Positions 31,582 through 43,641 of a DNA stretch of 64,000 bases are shown one piece after another. The first letter of the stretch is position 1; each line of letters starts with the position of its first letter. Made by a program: the position numbers and the translations under genes. The notes under the pieces were generated by a model. That model saw only the letters and a program-made list of their open reading frames with translations, was not told the DNA's origin and did not search any database. The DNA is from an uncultured Mycoplasmatota bacterium (GTDB taxonomy: Bacteria > Bacillota_I > Bacilli_A > RF39 > UBA660). Where the stretch lies: NCBI GenBank assembly GCA_947426265.1, contig CANEDJ010000001.1, forward strand, positions 17,310-81,309, written 5' to 3'.

Positions 31582-32412
31582 ATGGCGATTAAAACATATA
31601 AACCAATGACCAATGGTACTCGTGGGATGTCAAAATTAATCAACGATGAAATTACAAAGACAACTCCAGAAAAATCATTAGTTGTTACATTAAAGAAAAA
31701 TGGTGGTCGTAACAACCAAGGTAGAATTACAGTTAGACACCGCGGTGGTGGAGCAAAAAGAAAATACCGTATCATTGATTTCAAAAGAAACAAAGATGGT
31801 GTTATTGGAACAGTTGCTTCTATCGAATATGACCCAAACAGAACAGCTAACATTGCTTTAATTAAATATGCCGATGGAGAAAAAAGATATATTATCGCTC
31901 CAAAAGGATTAAAAGTTGGAATGAAAGTAGAAAGTGGAGAAAATGCAGATATCAAAGTTGGTAATGCATTACCATTAGCAAATATTCCAGAAGGTACAAT
32001 GGTTCATAATATTGAATTAAAACCTGGAAAAGGTGGAGAACTTGCTCGTTCAGCTGGATCTTCAGTTCAAATATTAGGACGTGAAGGAAGATATACATTG
32101 CTTCGATTAACAAGCGGAGAAGTACGTAAGGTATTAAGTACTTGTAAAGCAACTATCGGAGAAGTAGGAAATGCAGATCATGAATTAGTAAAGATTGGTA
32201 AAGCAGGTCGTAAAAGACATATGGGTATCCGTCCAACTGTTCGTGGTTCTGTTATGAACCCTAATGACCACCCTCATGGTGGAGGAGAAGGACGTGCGCC
32301 AATCGGACGTAAGGGACCAGTTACTCCATGGGGTAAACCAGCATTAGGATATAAGACAAGAGACAGCAAAAAAGCTTCAAATAAGTTAATTGTTCGTCGT
32401 CGTAACAAATAG
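31582..32412 (+). CDS. rplB: 50S ribosomal protein L2
   Basis: Conserved L2, including HPHGGGEG. Confidence 0.95.
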   Translation: MAIKTYKPMTNGTRGMSKLINDEITKTTPEKSLVVTLKKNGGRNNQGRITVRHRGGGAKRKYRIIDFKRNKDGVIGTVASIEYDPNRTANIALIKYADGEKRYIIAPKGLKVGMKVESGENADIKVGNALPLANIPEGTMVHNIELKPGKGGELARSAGSSVQILGREGRYTLLRLTSGEVRKVLSTCKATIGEVGNADHELVKIGKAGRKRHMGIRPTVRGSVMNPNDHPHGGGEGRAPIGRKGPVTPWGKPALGYKTRDSKKASNKLIVRRRNK

Positions 32413-32428
32413 TGAAAGGATGGTTTAA

Positions 32429-32701
32429 ATGGCTAGAAGTTTAAAAAAGGGACCTTTCGTTGATAAAAGTTTAATGAATAAGGTTAAAAAAGTAAATGAA
32501 TCTGGAAAAAAAGAAGTAATTAAAACATGGTCACGCCGTTCAACAATTTATCCTGAATTTATTGGACACACATTTGCTGTTCATAATGGTAAAGAATTTA
32601 TTCCTGTTTATGTAACAGAAGACATGGTAGGACATAAATTAGGAGAGTTTGCTTTAACTCGTAAATTTGGCGGACATGGTGACGACAAAGGTAAAAAATA
32701 G
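32429..32701 (+). CDS. rpsS: 30S ribosomal protein S19
   Basis: Conserved S19. Confidence 0.95.
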   Translation: MARSLKKGPFVDKSLMNKVKKVNESGKKEVIKTWSRRSTIYPEFIGHTFAVHNGKEFIPVYVTEDMVGHKLGEFALTRKFGGHGDDKGKK

Positions 32702-32721
32702 CAGGCGAAGGGAGGACTAAA

Positions 32722-33057
32722 ATGGAAGCAAAAGCGATTGCAAAGGGAGTAAGAATCCCAGCTCGTAAAGCTCGTTTAGTGATCGATTTAGTACGTGGTA
32801 AAGACGTAATCGAAGCTGATAAAATTTTAAATAACATGAATAAAGAAGCTGCAAGAATAATACGTAAAGTATTAACTTCTGCAGTAGCAAATGCTGAAAA
32901 CAACTTAGGTTTAGATAAAGAAAAATTAGTTGTAAAAGAAGCATATGTAAATGAAGGAGCTACAATGAAAAGAATGAGATTTGGTTCTCGTGGACATGTA
33001 GATCCAATCAAAAAAAGAACAAGTCATATTACAGTTATTGTAAGTGAGAAAAATTAA
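32722..33057 (+). CDS. rplV: 50S ribosomal protein L22
   Basis: Conserved L22. Confidence 0.9.
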   Translation: MEAKAIAKGVRIPARKARLVIDLVRGKDVIEADKILNNMNKEAARIIRKVLTSAVANAENNLGLDKEKLVVKEAYVNEGATMKRMRFGSRGHVDPIKKRTSHITVIVSEKN

Positions 33058-33074
33058 GCAAAGGAGGGTAACTG

Positions 33075-33755
33075 ATGGGTCAAAAAGTTAGTCCAGTCGG
33101 ACTTAGAATGGGAATCAATAAAACTTGGGAATCTAAGTGGTATGCAGATAACAAAGATTTTGCTAAGTTTTTAAATAATGATGTACAGATTCGCGCATAT
33201 TTATCTAAAAGATTAAAAGACGCAGCAGTTTCAAGTATTCTTATCGAAAGAACCGCTAAAAAGACAGACGTAATTATTAACACTGCAAAACCTGGTGTTG
33301 TTATTGGTCATGGCGGAGATGAAATTGAAAAAATAAAAAAAGAATTATCAAAATTAGTAAAAGAAGAGATTCAAATTTCAATTATGGAAATTAAGAATCC
33401 AGATGTAGATGCAGCACTTGTTGCAGAAAATATTGCACATCAAATCGAAGGCCGTGTTTCATTCAGAATTGCGCAAAAAAGAGCGATTCGTAATGCAATG
33501 AAAGCTGGGGCAAAAGGAATTAAAACTTCTGTATCAGGTCGTTTAGGTGGAGCTGATATGGCAAGAACAGAAGGATATACAGAAGGTAACATTCCACTTC
33601 ATACTTTAAGAGCAGATATTGATTATGCTCATAAAGAAGCTGATACAACTTATGGAAAAATCGGTGTAAAAGTATGGATTTACAAAGGAGAAATACTTCC
33701 TGGTGCAAAAAATAAGGGAGGTAATGAAAATGGCAGTCATTCCAAAAAGAACTAA
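33075..33755 (+). CDS. rpsC: 30S ribosomal protein S3
   Basis: KH domain plus the S3 C-terminal domain. Confidence 0.95.
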   Translation: MGQKVSPVGLRMGINKTWESKWYADNKDFAKFLNNDVQIRAYLSKRLKDAAVSSILIERTAKKTDVIINTAKPGVVIGHGGDEIEKIKKELSKLVKEEIQISIMEIKNPDVDAALVAENIAHQIEGRVSFRIAQKRAIRNAMKAGAKGIKTSVSGRLGGADMARTEGYTEGNIPLHTLRADIDYAHKEADTTYGKIGVKVWIYKGEILPGAKNKGGNENGSHSKKN

Positions 33756-34164
33756 ATATCGTAGACCTCATCGTTTAAGATATGATGGAGTTACGAAAGG
33801 AAATAAAGAACTTCATTTTGGTGAATATGGATTAATGGCAATGGAGGGAACTTGGATTACACAACAACAAATTGAATCTGCTCGTGTTGCTATGACTCGT
33901 TATATGAAGCGTGGAGGAAAAGTATGGATTAACATATTCCCACACTTATCATTAACTAAAATCCCATTAGAAACTCGTATGGGTAAAGGTAAAGGTCAAC
34001 CAGAAGCTTGGGTTGCAGTAGTAAAAAAAGGAAAAATCATGTTTGAAATTGGAGGCGTTAGTGAAGAAACAGCTCGCGAAGCATTAAGACTTGCTATGCA
34101 TAAACTTCCAATTAAATGTAAATTTGTAAAAAAAGAAGAAAGTGGTGAGGCTAATGAAAAATAG
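33730..34164 (+). CDS. rplP: 50S ribosomal protein L16
   Basis: [15 protein letters not shown] start after AAGGGAGGT. Overlaps the rpsC 3' end. Confidence 0.9.
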   Translation: MAVIPKRTKYRRPHRLRYDGVTKGNKELHFGEYGLMAMEGTWITQQQIESARVAMTRYMKRGGKVWINIFPHLSLTKIPLETRMGKGKGQPEAWVAVVKKGKIMFEIGGVSEETAREALRLAMHKLPIKCKFVKKEESGEANEK

Positions 34165-34345
34165 TGAAATTAGAGCAATGTCTAATGAAGAAATTTTGAA
34201 AAAGATTGAAGAATCTAATGAAGAATTATTTAATTTGCGTTTTAGCCAAGCTACTGGAAATTTAGAAAAACCATCAAGAATTAGAGAACTTAGAAAATTA
34301 GTAGCACGTATGAAAACGATTCTTCGTGAACGTGAAGGTAAATAG
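34154..34345 (+). CDS. rpmC: 50S ribosomal protein L29
   Basis: [30 protein letters not shown]. Confidence 0.85.
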   Translation: MKNSEIRAMSNEEILKKIEESNEELFNLRFSQATGNLEKPSRIRELRKLVARMKTILREREGK

Positions 34346-34356
34346 GGAGGTAACGT

Positions 34357-34617
34357 ATGAAAGAAAATAAAGCTCGTGAATTAGTTGGTAAAGTAGTTAG
34401 CGACAAGAACGACAAAACAATTACTGTTTTAGTTGAAACTTATAAAACTGACCCATTATACAAAAAACGTGTTAAATATTCTAAAAAATTTACTGCACAT
34501 GATGAAAAAAATGAAGCAAAAACTGGAGATACTGTACGTATTGCAGAAACTAGACCACTATCTAGAACAAAACGTTTCCGTTTAGTTGAAATAGTAGAAA
34601 AAGCAGTTATCTTATAA
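34357..34617 (+). CDS. rpsQ: 30S ribosomal protein S17
   Basis: Conserved S17 OB fold. Confidence 0.9.
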   Translation: MKENKARELVGKVVSDKNDKTITVLVETYKTDPLYKKRVKYSKKFTAHDEKNEAKTGDTVRIAETRPLSRTKRFRLVEIVEKAVIL

Positions 34618-34647
34618 TAGCTGTAACGGATAAAGGAGGATTCATAT

Positions 34648-35016
34648 ATGATTCAACAAGAAAGCCGTTTAAAAGTTGCTGATAACTCAGGTGCACGTGA
34701 ACTTTTAGTCATTCGTGTATTAGGTGGAAGCAAAGTTAAAACTGGTAATATTGGTGATATAGTTGTTGGAACTATTAAAAAAGCAACTCCTAATGGTACA
34801 GTTGGACGTGGTAAGGTAGTGAAAGCTGTAATCGTTAGAAGTAAATTTGGTCTAAGAAGAGAAGATGGTTCTTATATTAAATTTGATGATAATGCTTGCG
34901 TTATTATTAAAGATGATAAGAGCCCAGTTGGAACTCGTGTATTTGGACCAGTAGCACGTGAATTACGTGAAAAAGATTTTATGAAGATTGTATCACTTGC
35001 AAAAGAAGTGCTATAG
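34648..35016 (+). CDS. rplN: 50S ribosomal protein L14
   Basis: [19 protein letters not shown]. Confidence 0.95.
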   Translation: MIQQESRLKVADNSGARELLVIRVLGGSKVKTGNIGDIVVGTIKKATPNGTVGRGKVVKAVIVRSKFGLRREDGSYIKFDDNACVIIKDDKSPVGTRVFGPVARELREKDFMKIVSLAKEVL

Positions 35017-35032
35017 TTTGGAGGGAAAAAGC

Positions 35033-35341
35033 ATGAACTTGAAAACTGGAGATAAAGTAGTAGTCATTGCTGGTTCTAATAAAGGAAAAGAAGGAACTAT
35101 TACAAAAATTCTTCGTGACGAAAATAAAGTAATCATCGAAGGCGTAAATGTTCGTAAAAAGCATATCAAACCTCAAGGTGGAAATGCTGGAAGTATTGTA
35201 GAAATGGAAGCACCAATTCATGCTTCAAACGTTATGATACTAGATCCTAAAGCAAAAAAAGGAACTAGAATTGGACACACAGTAAATAAAGAAGGAAAGA
35301 AAGTTAGAGTTTGCAAAAAATCTAATGAAGTCCTTGACTAA
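35033..35341 (+). CDS. rplX: 50S ribosomal protein L24
   Basis: KOW motif GDKVVVIAGSNKGKEG. ATG after GGAGGG. Confidence 0.9.
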   Translation: MNLKTGDKVVVIAGSNKGKEGTITKILRDENKVIIEGVNVRKKHIKPQGGNAGSIVEMEAPIHASNVMILDPKAKKGTRIGHTVNKEGKKVRVCKKSNEVLD

Positions 35342-35359
35342 TTGGAAGGAGGGTTAAGA

Positions 35360-35899
35360 GTGAACCGCCTAAAAGAAAAATATTTAAATGAAATCGTACC
35401 AAGTTTAAGAGAAAAATATAATTACACAAGTATTATGGAAGTTCCAAAGTTAGATAAAATTGTAGTAAATATGGGAGTTGGAGATGCTGCACATAACAGT
35501 AAAATGTTAGAGGCTGCTATAGCAGATTTAGAAGCAATTACAGGACAAAAACCAGTTGCTACAACAGCAAAAAAAGCGATTGCTGGATTTAAGTTAAGAG
35601 AAGGTCAAGCAATTGGATGTAAAGTAACATTACGTGGAGAAAATATGTATAACTTCTTAGACAAATTAATTAGTATTACATTACCACGTGTACGTGACTT
35701 TAGAGGAATTTCAAACAAATCATTTGATGGAAGAGGTAATTATACATTAGGATTAACTGAACAATTAATTTTCTCAGAAATCGAATACGATAACGTTGTA
35801 AAAGTTCGTGGTATGGATATTGTATTTGTAACAACAGCTCGTACTAACGAAGAAGCACATGACTTATTAAAAGGTTTCGGAATGCCTTTTAAGAAATAG
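35360..35899 (+). CDS. rplE: 50S ribosomal protein L5
   Basis: GTG start gives MNRLKEKY, after GGAAGGAGGG. Confidence 0.9.
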   Translation: MNRLKEKYLNEIVPSLREKYNYTSIMEVPKLDKIVVNMGVGDAAHNSKMLEAAIADLEAITGQKPVATTAKKAIAGFKLREGQAIGCKVTLRGENMYNFLDKLISITLPRVRDFRGISNKSFDGRGNYTLGLTEQLIFSEIEYDNVVKVRGMDIVFVTTARTNEEAHDLLKGFGMPFKK

Positions 35900-35914
35900 T
35901 TATAGGAGGATATT

Positions 35915-36100
35915 ATGGCTAAAAAAAGTATGATAGTAAAAGCTAGTCGTAAACCAAAGTACAAAGTAAGAGAATATACACGTTGTCAAAGATGTGGAAG
36001 ACCTCATGCCGTACTTAGAAAATATGGGATTTGCCGTATTTGTTTTAGAGAATTAGCTTATAAAGGACAAATACCAGGGGTTACTAAATCTAGCTGGTAG
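35915..36100 (+). CDS. rpsN: 30S ribosomal protein S14 type Z (zinc-binding, 61 aa)
   Basis: CQRCGR...CRIC zinc ribbon. Short Z-type length. Confidence 0.9.
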   Translation: MAKKSMIVKASRKPKYKVREYTRCQRCGRPHAVLRKYGICRICFRELAYKGQIPGVTKSSW

Positions 36101-36117
36101 TAGATGGGAGGATATAT

Positions 36118-36513
36118 ATGGTAACAGATCCAATCGCAGATATGCTTACAAGAATACGTAATGCCAATCAAATGCGATACAAAGAAGTTGAAGTACCCGC
36201 TTCAAAAATGAAAACTGAAATTGCTAGAATCTTAAAAGAAACTGGATTTATCAGTGATTACAAAGTAGCAAAAGTTGATAAATTTGATGTTATTACATTA
36301 GATTTAAAATATGGAGATAAAAAAGAGCGCGTTATTACTGGACTTAAAAGAATTTCTAAACCAGGATTACGTGTATATGCTAAAGCAGAAGAAATCCCAA
36401 GTGTATTAAATGGACTTGGAATTGCCATCATTTCTACTTCAAAAGGAATTATGACTGATAAAGAAGCTAGAGAGAAATCATTAGGTGGAGAAGTTTTAGC
36501 TTATATTTGGTAG
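36118..36513 (+). CDS. rpsH: 30S ribosomal protein S8
   Basis: Conserved S8. Confidence 0.95.
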   Translation: MVTDPIADMLTRIRNANQMRYKEVEVPASKMKTEIARILKETGFISDYKVAKVDKFDVITLDLKYGDKKERVITGLKRISKPGLRVYAKAEEIPSVLNGLGIAIISTSKGIMTDKEAREKSLGGEVLAYIW

Positions 36514-36531
36514 AAAGTTAGGAGGATTATT

Positions 36532-37062
36532 ATGAGTCGTATAGGAAATAGAATATTAACTATACCAGAAAACGTTACAGTATCAAAAGATGGTAATGTT
36601 GTTACAGTAAAAGGTCCTAAAGGTGAACTTTCTACTGAAATTAACAACCACATTGACATTAAAGTAGATGGAAATGAATTAACAGTTACAAGAGAAAATG
36701 ATAATTATAAAAGTTTTCATGGTACTGCAAACGCAAACATTAGTAATATGATTGAAGGAGTAACTAACGGATTCAAAAAAGATTTAGAATCTCTTGGTGT
36801 AGGATATCGTTTTGCTTTAAAAGGAAAAGACTTGGTAGTAACTGCTGGGTATTCTCATCCTGTAGAAGTAAAAGTTCCAGAAGGAATCACATTAGAGTGT
36901 CCAAGTAATACAGAACTTACAATCAAAGGAATTGACAAATGTTTAGTTGGTGAATTTGCTGCTAATGTTAGAAAAATAAGAGAACCAGAACCTTATAAGG
37001 GGAAAGGTATTCGTTATAAAGATGAAATTGTTCGTCGTAAAGAAGGAAAGAAAGCATCTTAA
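36532..37062 (+). CDS. rplF: 50S ribosomal protein L6
   Basis: Conserved L6. Confidence 0.95.
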   Translation: MSRIGNRILTIPENVTVSKDGNVVTVKGPKGELSTEINNHIDIKVDGNELTVTRENDNYKSFHGTANANISNMIEGVTNGFKKDLESLGVGYRFALKGKDLVVTAGYSHPVEVKVPEGITLECPSNTELTIKGIDKCLVGEFAANVRKIREPEPYKGKGIRYKDEIVRRKEGKKAS

Positions 37063-37091
37063 TATTTAAATAGTAAAGGAGAGTAATACTT

Positions 37092-37454
37092 ATGATTAAA
37101 AAAGTATCTCGTAACGATGTACGTAAAGCTAGACATGCACGTGTAAGATCTAAAGTAGCAGGAACAGTAAATACACCAAGATTAAATGTGTTTAGATCTA
37201 ACGGAAACATTTTTGCACAAATCATCGATGATGAAGCATCTGTTACATTAGTAAGTGCATCTTCTATCGATAAAGAGTTGAAACTAAAAAATGGTGGAAA
37301 CGTTGAAGCTGCAACTAAAGTAGGAGAATTACTTGCCAAAAGAGCAAAAGATGCAAAAATAAAAACTGTAGTTTTTGATAGAGGTGGATACCTATATCAT
37401 GGTCGTGTAAAGGCTTTAGCTGAAGCTGCTCGCGAAAATGGATTAGAATTCTAA
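37092..37454 (+). CDS. rplR: 50S ribosomal protein L18
   Basis: Conserved L18. Confidence 0.9.
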   Translation: MIKKVSRNDVRKARHARVRSKVAGTVNTPRLNVFRSNGNIFAQIIDDEASVTLVSASSIDKELKLKNGGNVEAATKVGELLAKRAKDAKIKTVVFDRGGYLYHGRVKALAEAARENGLEF

Positions 37455-37468
37455 AAGGAGGAAAACAC

Positions 37469-37972
37469 ATGGAAAATAGAAGAAGAGAACCAAGACCAAA
37501 ACAATTCGAAGAAGAAGTAATTAATATTGGTCGTGTTACAAAAGTAACAAAAGGTGGTCGTCATTTCCGTTTCTCTGCTACTGTTGCTGTAGGAGATAGA
37601 AAAGGCCAAGTTGGACTTGGAACTGGAAAAGCTAACGAAGTACCAGATGCTATTAAAAAAGCTGTTGCAGCAGCTACTAAAAATGTGTCAAGAGTATCTA
37701 TCGTTGATGGAACTATCCCTCATGAAGCAATTGGTGTAAGAGGAGCTAGTAGAGTTATGTTAAAACCTGCTTCAAAAGGTACTGGAGTAAAAGCTGGTGG
37801 ACCTGTTAGAGCAGTATTAGAACTTGCTGGTGTAAAAGATATCTTATCAAAATCTCTTGGATCAAATACAAAAATCAATATGGCATATGCAACCCTTAAT
37901 GCACTTAAATCACAAAGAACAATAGAAGAAGTAGCACGTTTACGTGGTAAAAAAGTAGAGGAGATCAGATAG
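37469..37972 (+). CDS. rpsE: 30S ribosomal protein S5
   Basis: Conserved S5. Followed 2 nt later by rplO, with no rpmD between them. Confidence 0.95.
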   Translation: MENRRREPRPKQFEEEVINIGRVTKVTKGGRHFRFSATVAVGDRKGQVGLGTGKANEVPDAIKKAVAAATKNVSRVSIVDGTIPHEAIGVRGASRVMLKPASKGTGVKAGGPVRAVLELAGVKDILSKSLGSNTKINMAYATLNALKSQRTIEEVARLRGKKVEEIR

Positions 37973-37973
37973 T

Positions 37974-38417
37974 ATGAAATTACATACAATGTATCCAAAT
38001 GAAGGCGCAACAAAAAAGCGTAAAATTGTTGGTCGTGGAACAAGCAGTGGACATGGAAAAACTGCTGGAAAAGGACATAAGGGACAAAATGCAAGAAGTG
38101 GTGGAGGAGTAAGACCAGGATTTGAAGGTGGACAATTACCTTTATTCCGTCGCTTACCAAAAAGAGGTTTTACAAATGCCAGATTTAAAACAGAATATGC
38201 TGTTATTAATTTAAGTGATTTAAACAAATTTGAAGATGGAGCAGTGATTACTCCAGAACTTCTAAAAGAGATGGGACTAATTAAGAATCAATTAGATGGA
38301 ATTAAAGTATTAGGTAATGGTACATTAGAGAAAAAAGTAAATGTAAAAGCACATAAATTCTCTACTGTAGCAAAAGAACAAATAGAAAAATTAGGTGGAA
38401 AAGCAGAGGTGATCTAA
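37974..38417 (+). CDS. rplO: 50S ribosomal protein L15
   Basis: Gly/Arg-rich [19 protein letters not shown]. Confidence 0.95.
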   Translation: MKLHTMYPNEGATKKRKIVGRGTSSGHGKTAGKGHKGQNARSGGGVRPGFEGGQLPLFRRLPKRGFTNARFKTEYAVINLSDLNKFEDGAVITPELLKEMGLIKNQLDGIKVLGNGTLEKKVNVKAHKFSTVAKEQIEKLGGKAEVI

Positions 38418-38418
38418 A

Positions 38419-39690
38419 ATGTTTGCAACAATGAAGCAAATATTTAATCCCAAGAATAAAGACTTAAGAAAGAGAATTTATTTTACTTTCTTCTGTTTAT
38501 TTATTTTTAAACTAGGAACAACTATTATCGTTCCGGGAGTAAACTCATCTGCATTTGATGCCGGAAAGTTAGGGTTCTTAGAACTCATTAATGCAATGGG
38601 TGGAGGAGCAATGGAAAAATTTTCTATCTTCTCATTAGGTGTAATGCCTTACATTACAGCATCTATTGTTATTCAATTATTACAAATGGATATTATTCCT
38701 TATTTGGCAGAACTTTCTAAACAAGGTGGAACAGGAAGAGCAAAATTAAATCAAATTACAAGAGTAGTAGGAATTGCATTAGCATTCTTTCAAGGATATT
38801 TATTTTCTTTCTCTGTAATCAAAGGTGGGACTCCAATTGATTATATGGAATTTGCTCTTATTTTAACAGCAGGAACTGCGTTCTTACTTTGGTTAGGAGA
38901 TCAAATTACTGCAAAAGGAATAGGAAATGGAATTTCATTAATTATTATGGCTGGTATTATTGCAAGTCTTCCAACAATGTTCGTAAGTGCTTGGCAAAGT
39001 TTGATTGTAACAACTAGTACGCAAGCATTAACTTTAGGAATTGTAAAATTTGCGCTTTTAGTAATTGTCTATTTAGCAATTGTGATTGGAGTAGTATTTG
39101 AACAAAGTGCGGAAAGAAGAGTGCCAATTCAATACGCTAATCGTTCAGTGAATAGTGTTGGAGCAAAAAATAGTTATATTCCATTTAAACTTAATTCAGC
39201 TGGTGTAGTACCTGTCATTTTCGCATCTGCATTACTTTCAATACCTGCAATAATTGCACAGTTTGTGAAAAAAGATGGATTTACATTATTTGTAAATAAA
39301 TGGCTAACGATGAGTAGTGGTACAGGACTTATCTTGTATATTCTATTAATTATCGGTTTTGCGTATTTTTATACATATTTACAATTAAAACCAAAAGAAT
39401 TAGCTGAAAATTTAAACAAAAATGGTGGTTTTATTCCAGGAGTACGTCCAGGAACTGATACTGAGAAATATGTAAGTGGAGTTTTAAATAAAATTACAAT
39501 TGTAGGTGCTATCTTTTTAGCAATAATAGCAGGACTTCCACTTGTGTTCGGTTCTATATCTAGTTTACCAACGAGTGTGCAACTAGGAGGGACAGGACTT
39601 TTAATTGTAGTAGGAGTAGCGCTTGAAACTTATAAGCAAATGGAAAGTCAGTTAGTAAGCCGCCAGTATAAGAGAGGAAGAAGAAGATAA
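38419..39690 (+). CDS. secY: preprotein translocase subunit SecY
   Basis: 10-TM protein with conserved SecY plug and hinge sequences. Confidence 0.95.
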   Translation: MFATMKQIFNPKNKDLRKRIYFTFFCLFIFKLGTTIIVPGVNSSAFDAGKLGFLELINAMGGGAMEKFSIFSLGVMPYITASIVIQLLQMDIIPYLAELSKQGGTGRAKLNQITRVVGIALAFFQGYLFSFSVIKGGTPIDYMEFALILTAGTAFLLWLGDQITAKGIGNGISLIIMAGIIASLPTMFVSAWQSLIVTTSTQALTLGIVKFALLVIVYLAIVIGVVFEQSAERRVPIQYANRSVNSVGAKNSYIPFKLNSAGVVPVIFASALLSIPAIIAQFVKKDGFTLFVNKWLTMSSGTGLILYILLIIGFAYFYTYLQLKPKELAENLNKNGGFIPGVRPGTDTEKYVSGVLNKITIVGAIFLAIIAGLPLVFGSISSLPTSVQLGGTGLLIVVGVALETYKQMESQLVSRQYKRGRRR

Positions 39691-39691
39691 T

Positions 39692-40357
39692 ATGGAAAGC
39701 ATTATCTTTATAGCTCCTCCAGCAGCAGGAAAAGGTACACAAGCAAATATGCTTTGTGAAGTTTATCAAATTCCTCATATTTCTACTGGAGATCTTCTTC
39801 GTGAAGCATCTCTAGTAGAAGATGAAAGAGGAAAGTATATAAAAAAACAAATTAGCAGTGGAGCTTTTGTGAGTGATGATATTATTCTAGAATTATTAGA
39901 AGAACGATTACAACAAAAAGACTGCAACCATGGTTATATCTTAGATGGTTTTCCTAGAAATATAGAGCAGGCAATTGCTTATGAAAATATTTTGAAAAAA
40001 CTAAATAAGAAATTAGGAATTGTAATTTATTTAGATGTCAAAAAAGAACTTGCTTGCAAGAGAATTGAAGGTCGAGTAATTTGTCCTCTTTGTGGTTCTG
40101 TCTATAATACTATTATAGAAGAAGCGCAACCAAAAGAAGAGGGAATTTGTGATCATTGTGGAAATAAACTTGTAAAAAGAGCTGATGACAATAGTGAAAC
40201 ATTTGGAGTACGTTATGATACTTATTTAGAAAAAACACAACCTTTGATTGACTACTATGAGAGTAAAAATGTATTATATCGTGTTTCTAGTGTTAATAGT
40301 AAAGATGAAACTTTTAAAGAAATCTCTTCTTTCTTGGAAGGAAGTAGTAAACTATGA
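39692..40357 (+). CDS. adk: adenylate kinase (zinc-binding lid)
   Basis: P-loop APPAAGKGTQ. LID CPLCG...CDHCG. Confidence 0.9.
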   Translation: MESIIFIAPPAAGKGTQANMLCEVYQIPHISTGDLLREASLVEDERGKYIKKQISSGAFVSDDIILELLEERLQQKDCNHGYILDGFPRNIEQAIAYENILKKLNKKLGIVIYLDVKKELACKRIEGRVICPLCGSVYNTIIEEAQPKEEGICDHCGNKLVKRADDNSETFGVRYDTYLEKTQPLIDYYESKNVLYRVSSVNSKDETFKEISSFLEGSSKL

Positions 40358-41100
40358 TTCCTATAAAAAGCGAAAGAGAAATAGAGCTCCTTAAAATAGC
40401 TGGAGAGATAACAGGTGATACCCATAATTATTTAAAACCATTTATTAAACCAGGTATTACAACAAAAGAGCTAGATACGCTTGCTTATGATTATATAATA
40501 AGCAGAGGGGCAACTCCCTCATTTAAAAATTATGATGGTTTTCCAGGAAGTATTTGTACTTCTATCAATGATGAAGTCGTACATGGCATTCCAGGAAATC
40601 GAAAACTAAAAAATGGTGACATAATTTCTATCGATATCGGAGCATGTTACAAAGGTTATCATGGAGACTCTGCTTGGACTTATCCAGTAGGAAAAATAGA
40701 TAACGATTTGAAGAAACTTCTAGAACAAACAGAAGAATCCTTGTTTGCAGGATTGGCTGTGATAAAAGAAGGAGCACATGTTGGGGATATTGGGAACGCC
40801 GTAAGTGAAGTTGCAAATAAGTATCACTTAGGGGTAGTAAGAGAATTAGTTGGTCATGGGGTTGGTAGTGATGTCCATGAAGAACCAGATGTACCAAACT
40901 ATGGAAAAAAGAATACTGGACCTATCTTGAAAGAAGGAATGGTCATTGCTGTAGAGCCAATGTTGAATCTAGGAACACCGCATATTTTCTTAGAAGATGA
41001 TGATTGGACAATTATTACAGCAGATGGAAAACCTTCTGCACACTTTGAACATACTGTTCTAGTTACCAAAGATGGGTATCAAATTTTGACAAAGAGGTGA
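40354..41100 (+). CDS. map: methionine aminopeptidase type I
   Basis: Conserved metal ligands of the pita-bread fold. 4-nt overlap with adk. Confidence 0.9.
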   Translation: MIPIKSEREIELLKIAGEITGDTHNYLKPFIKPGITTKELDTLAYDYIISRGATPSFKNYDGFPGSICTSINDEVVHGIPGNRKLKNGDIISIDIGACYKGYHGDSAWTYPVGKIDNDLKKLLEQTEESLFAGLAVIKEGAHVGDIGNAVSEVANKYHLGVVRELVGHGVGSDVHEEPDVPNYGKKNTGPILKEGMVIAVEPMLNLGTPHIFLEDDDWTIITADGKPSAHFEHTVLVTKDGYQILTKR

Positions 41101-41104
41101 TTAG

Positions 41105-41320
41105 ATGGCAAAAACAGATGTAATCGAAGTTGAGGGTAAAGTATTAGAAGTATTACCAGGCGGAAAATTCAGAGTGGAATTAGAGAATAAACATATTATA
41201 ATTGCCCACGTTTCTGGTAAAATCCGAATGAATTATATTCGCATTTTAGCAGGTGATAAAGTCACTGTGGAAATGTCACCATATGATTTAACATGTGGGC
41301 GCATAACCTATAGAAAGTAG
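41105..41320 (+). CDS. infA: translation initiation factor IF-1
   Basis: [28 protein letters not shown]. Confidence 0.95.
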   Translation: MAKTDVIEVEGKVLEVLPGGKFRVELENKHIIIAHVSGKIRMNYIRILAGDKVTVEMSPYDLTCGRITYRK

Positions 41321-41331
41321 GAGGGATTTAG

Positions 41332-41445
41332 ATGAAAGTAAGACCATCAGTAAAAAAAATGTGCGAAAATTGCAAAATTATTAAACGTAAAGGAAAAGTG
41401 CAAGTAATTTGTACAAATCCAAAACATAAACAAAGACAAGGGTAA
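41332..41445 (+). CDS. rpmJ: 50S ribosomal protein L36 (37 aa), not in the ORF track
   Basis: [37 protein letters not shown] after GGAGGG. Confidence 0.85.
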   Translation: MKVRPSVKKMCENCKIIKRKGKVQVICTNPKHKQRQG

Positions 41446-41460
41446 TATAGGAGGTGTTTT

Positions 41461-41826
41461 ATGGCACGTATTAAAGGTGTAGATATACCAAATAATAAAA
41501 GAATTGAAATTGCTTTAACTTATATTTATGGTGTCGGAAGAAGCTTATCTAATACAATTTTAAAAGAAGCTAAAATCGATGTTGATAAAAAAGCAGGAGA
41601 TTTAACCAATGATGAATTAGTTGTTATTCGTGATGTTTTAAACAAATATCAAACAGAAGGTGACTTACGTCGTGAAGTTAACATGAATATTAAAACAAAG
41701 ATGGAAATCAATTCTTACGAAGGAACTCGTCATAAAAAAGGGTTGCCAGTAAGAGGACAAAGAACAAACCGTAATGCAAGAACTCGTAAGGGTAAAGGAA
41801 AAGTAGTTGCAAATAAGAAAAAATAA
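41461..41826 (+). CDS. rpsM: 30S ribosomal protein S13
   Basis: [26 protein letters not shown]. Confidence 0.95.
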   Translation: MARIKGVDIPNNKRIEIALTYIYGVGRSLSNTILKEAKIDVDKKAGDLTNDELVVIRDVLNKYQTEGDLRREVNMNIKTKMEINSYEGTRHKKGLPVRGQRTNRNARTRKGKGKVVANKKK

Positions 41827-41853
41827 TGCAAACGAATAAAGGAGGTTATATAC

Positions 41854-42237
41854 ATGGCTTATAAACCAAGAAAACGTAAAGTGAAAAAGAATGTGCCAGA
41901 AGGTAAAGCTTTTATTCATTCAACATTCAATAACACAATTGTAACAATTAGTGATAAAGATGGAAATGCAATTAGCTGGGCTTCAGCTGGAACATTAGGA
42001 TTCAAAGGAAGTAAAAAATCAACTCCATTTGCAGCAGGAATGTCTGCAGAAGCAGCAGGAAAAGCAGCTGTAGAAATGGGTATGAAAAAGGTTGAAGTTT
42101 TCGTAAAAGGATTAGGTTCTGGAAGAGAAACAGCAATTCGTTCATTACAAACTGCTGGATTAGAGATTACTTCAATTTCTGATGTAACACCTATTCCACA
42201 TAATGGATGTCGTCCACCAAAACGTCCACGTGGATAA
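41854..42237 (+). CDS. rpsK: 30S ribosomal protein S11
   Basis: Conserved S11. Confidence 0.95.
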   Translation: MAYKPRKRKVKKNVPEGKAFIHSTFNNTIVTISDKDGNAISWASAGTLGFKGSKKSTPFAAGMSAEAAGKAAVEMGMKKVEVFVKGLGSGRETAIRSLQTAGLEITSISDVTPIPHNGCRPPKRPRG

Positions 42238-42254
42238 TGAAAGGGAGTGATTAA

Positions 42255-43202
42255 GTGTTAAACTTTGAAAAACCAATTTATAAAATAACAGAATATGTTG
42301 AAAATAATAATTTTGGAAAATTTGAATTAGAACCTTTAGAAAGAGGATTTGGAACAACAATTGGTAATGCACTTAGAAGAGTTATGCTTTCTAGTATGCC
42401 AGGAAGTGCTATTGTAGCAGTTAAAATTGATGGAGTTATGCATGAATTTCAATCAATGGATGGAGTAGTAGAAGATGTAACAACAATCGTATTAAATCTT
42501 AAAAACGTAGTAGTAAAAAATCACTCTAATGAAGATAAAGTACTACATTTGTCAGTAAATGAAGAAAGAGTCGTTACTGCCGCAGATATTGAAGCAGATG
42601 CAGATATTGAAATCATTAATCCAGATCAAGTAATAGCAACATTATCAAAGGGTGGAAAACTTGATATGGAAATGATAATAGCAAATGGACGTGGTTATGT
42701 TCCATCAAATGAGAATAAAAAGTATGTAGAAGGTAATATAGGATATATTCCTATTGACGCTCTTTATTCACCTATTGAAAGAATTAGCTATGATGTAGAT
42801 AATGCTCGTGTTGGACAAGATGCAAGTTATGATAAATTAATTATGAATGTAACAACTAATGGTTCTGTCCGCCCAGAAGAAGCAATGGCACTAGGAGCAA
42901 AAATATTGATTGAACACTTAAATATTATTACTGATTTAAGCGAAATCGCAGACGTTACAGGAATTATGAATGCAAAACAAGAGGATAGTAAACTTAAAAA
43001 GTTAGAAACATCTATTGATGATCTAGATTTCTCTGTTCGTGCATACAACTGTTTGAAGAGAGCTGGAGTTAATACTTTGGGTGATTTAACAGAAAAATCA
43101 GAATTAGAAATGATGAAGATTCGTAATCTAGGAAAAAAATCTTTAAAAGAAGTTATGGATAAAATTAAAGATATGGGACTTAGATTCCGTGATGAAGATT
43201 AA
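42255..43202 (+). CDS. rpoA: DNA-directed RNA polymerase alpha subunit
   Basis: N-terminal dimerisation domain and alpha-CTD. GTG start after AAGGGAGTGA. Confidence 0.9.
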   Translation: MLNFEKPIYKITEYVENNNFGKFELEPLERGFGTTIGNALRRVMLSSMPGSAIVAVKIDGVMHEFQSMDGVVEDVTTIVLNLKNVVVKNHSNEDKVLHLSVNEERVVTAADIEADADIEIINPDQVIATLSKGGKLDMEMIIANGRGYVPSNENKKYVEGNIGYIPIDALYSPIERISYDVDNARVGQDASYDKLIMNVTTNGSVRPEEAMALGAKILIEHLNIITDLSEIADVTGIMNAKQEDSKLKKLETSIDDLDFSVRAYNCLKRAGVNTLGDLTEKSELEMMKIRNLGKKSLKEVMDKIKDMGLRFRDED

Positions 43203-43219
43203 TAGTTAGGAGGAATAAT

Positions 43220-43576
43220 ATGGCTTATAGAAAATTAGGACGTACTAATAAACATAGAAGAAGCATGCTTGCTAACCTAACAAAAGACCTAATCATGAAT
43301 GAAAGCATTAAAACAACAGAACCTAGAGCCAAAGAAGTTCGTAAGTTTGTTGATAAAATGATTACATATGGTAAAGATGGTTCATTAGTTGCAAGAAGAA
43401 AAGCATTAGCATTCTTACAAAATGATAATACTTCTGTAAAGAAAGTATTTGATGTTTTAGCCCCTCGTTATACGAATCGTAACGGTGGATATACAAGAAT
43501 TTTAAAATTAGGAGAACGTAGAGGAGACGATGCGTTAGAAGTAATTTTAGAATTAGTTGAGGAAGATGCAAAATAA
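43220..43576 (+). CDS. rplQ: 50S ribosomal protein L17
   Basis: Conserved L17. Confidence 0.95.
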   Translation: MAYRKLGRTNKHRRSMLANLTKDLIMNESIKTTEPRAKEVRKFVDKMITYGKDGSLVARRKALAFLQNDNTSVKKVFDVLAPRYTNRNGGYTRILKLGERRGDDALEVILELVEEDAK

Positions 43577-43587
43577 GCATCTTTTTT
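43564..43587 (+). terminator. weak rho-independent terminator at rplQ end
   Basis: 5-bp stem gatgc/gcatc followed by T6. Short stem. Confidence 0.35.
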
Positions 43588-43641
43588 GTGTGTAAAAAAT
43601 CTTTCTTATGATATAATATTGAATAGAATAGGGGTGCAGAA

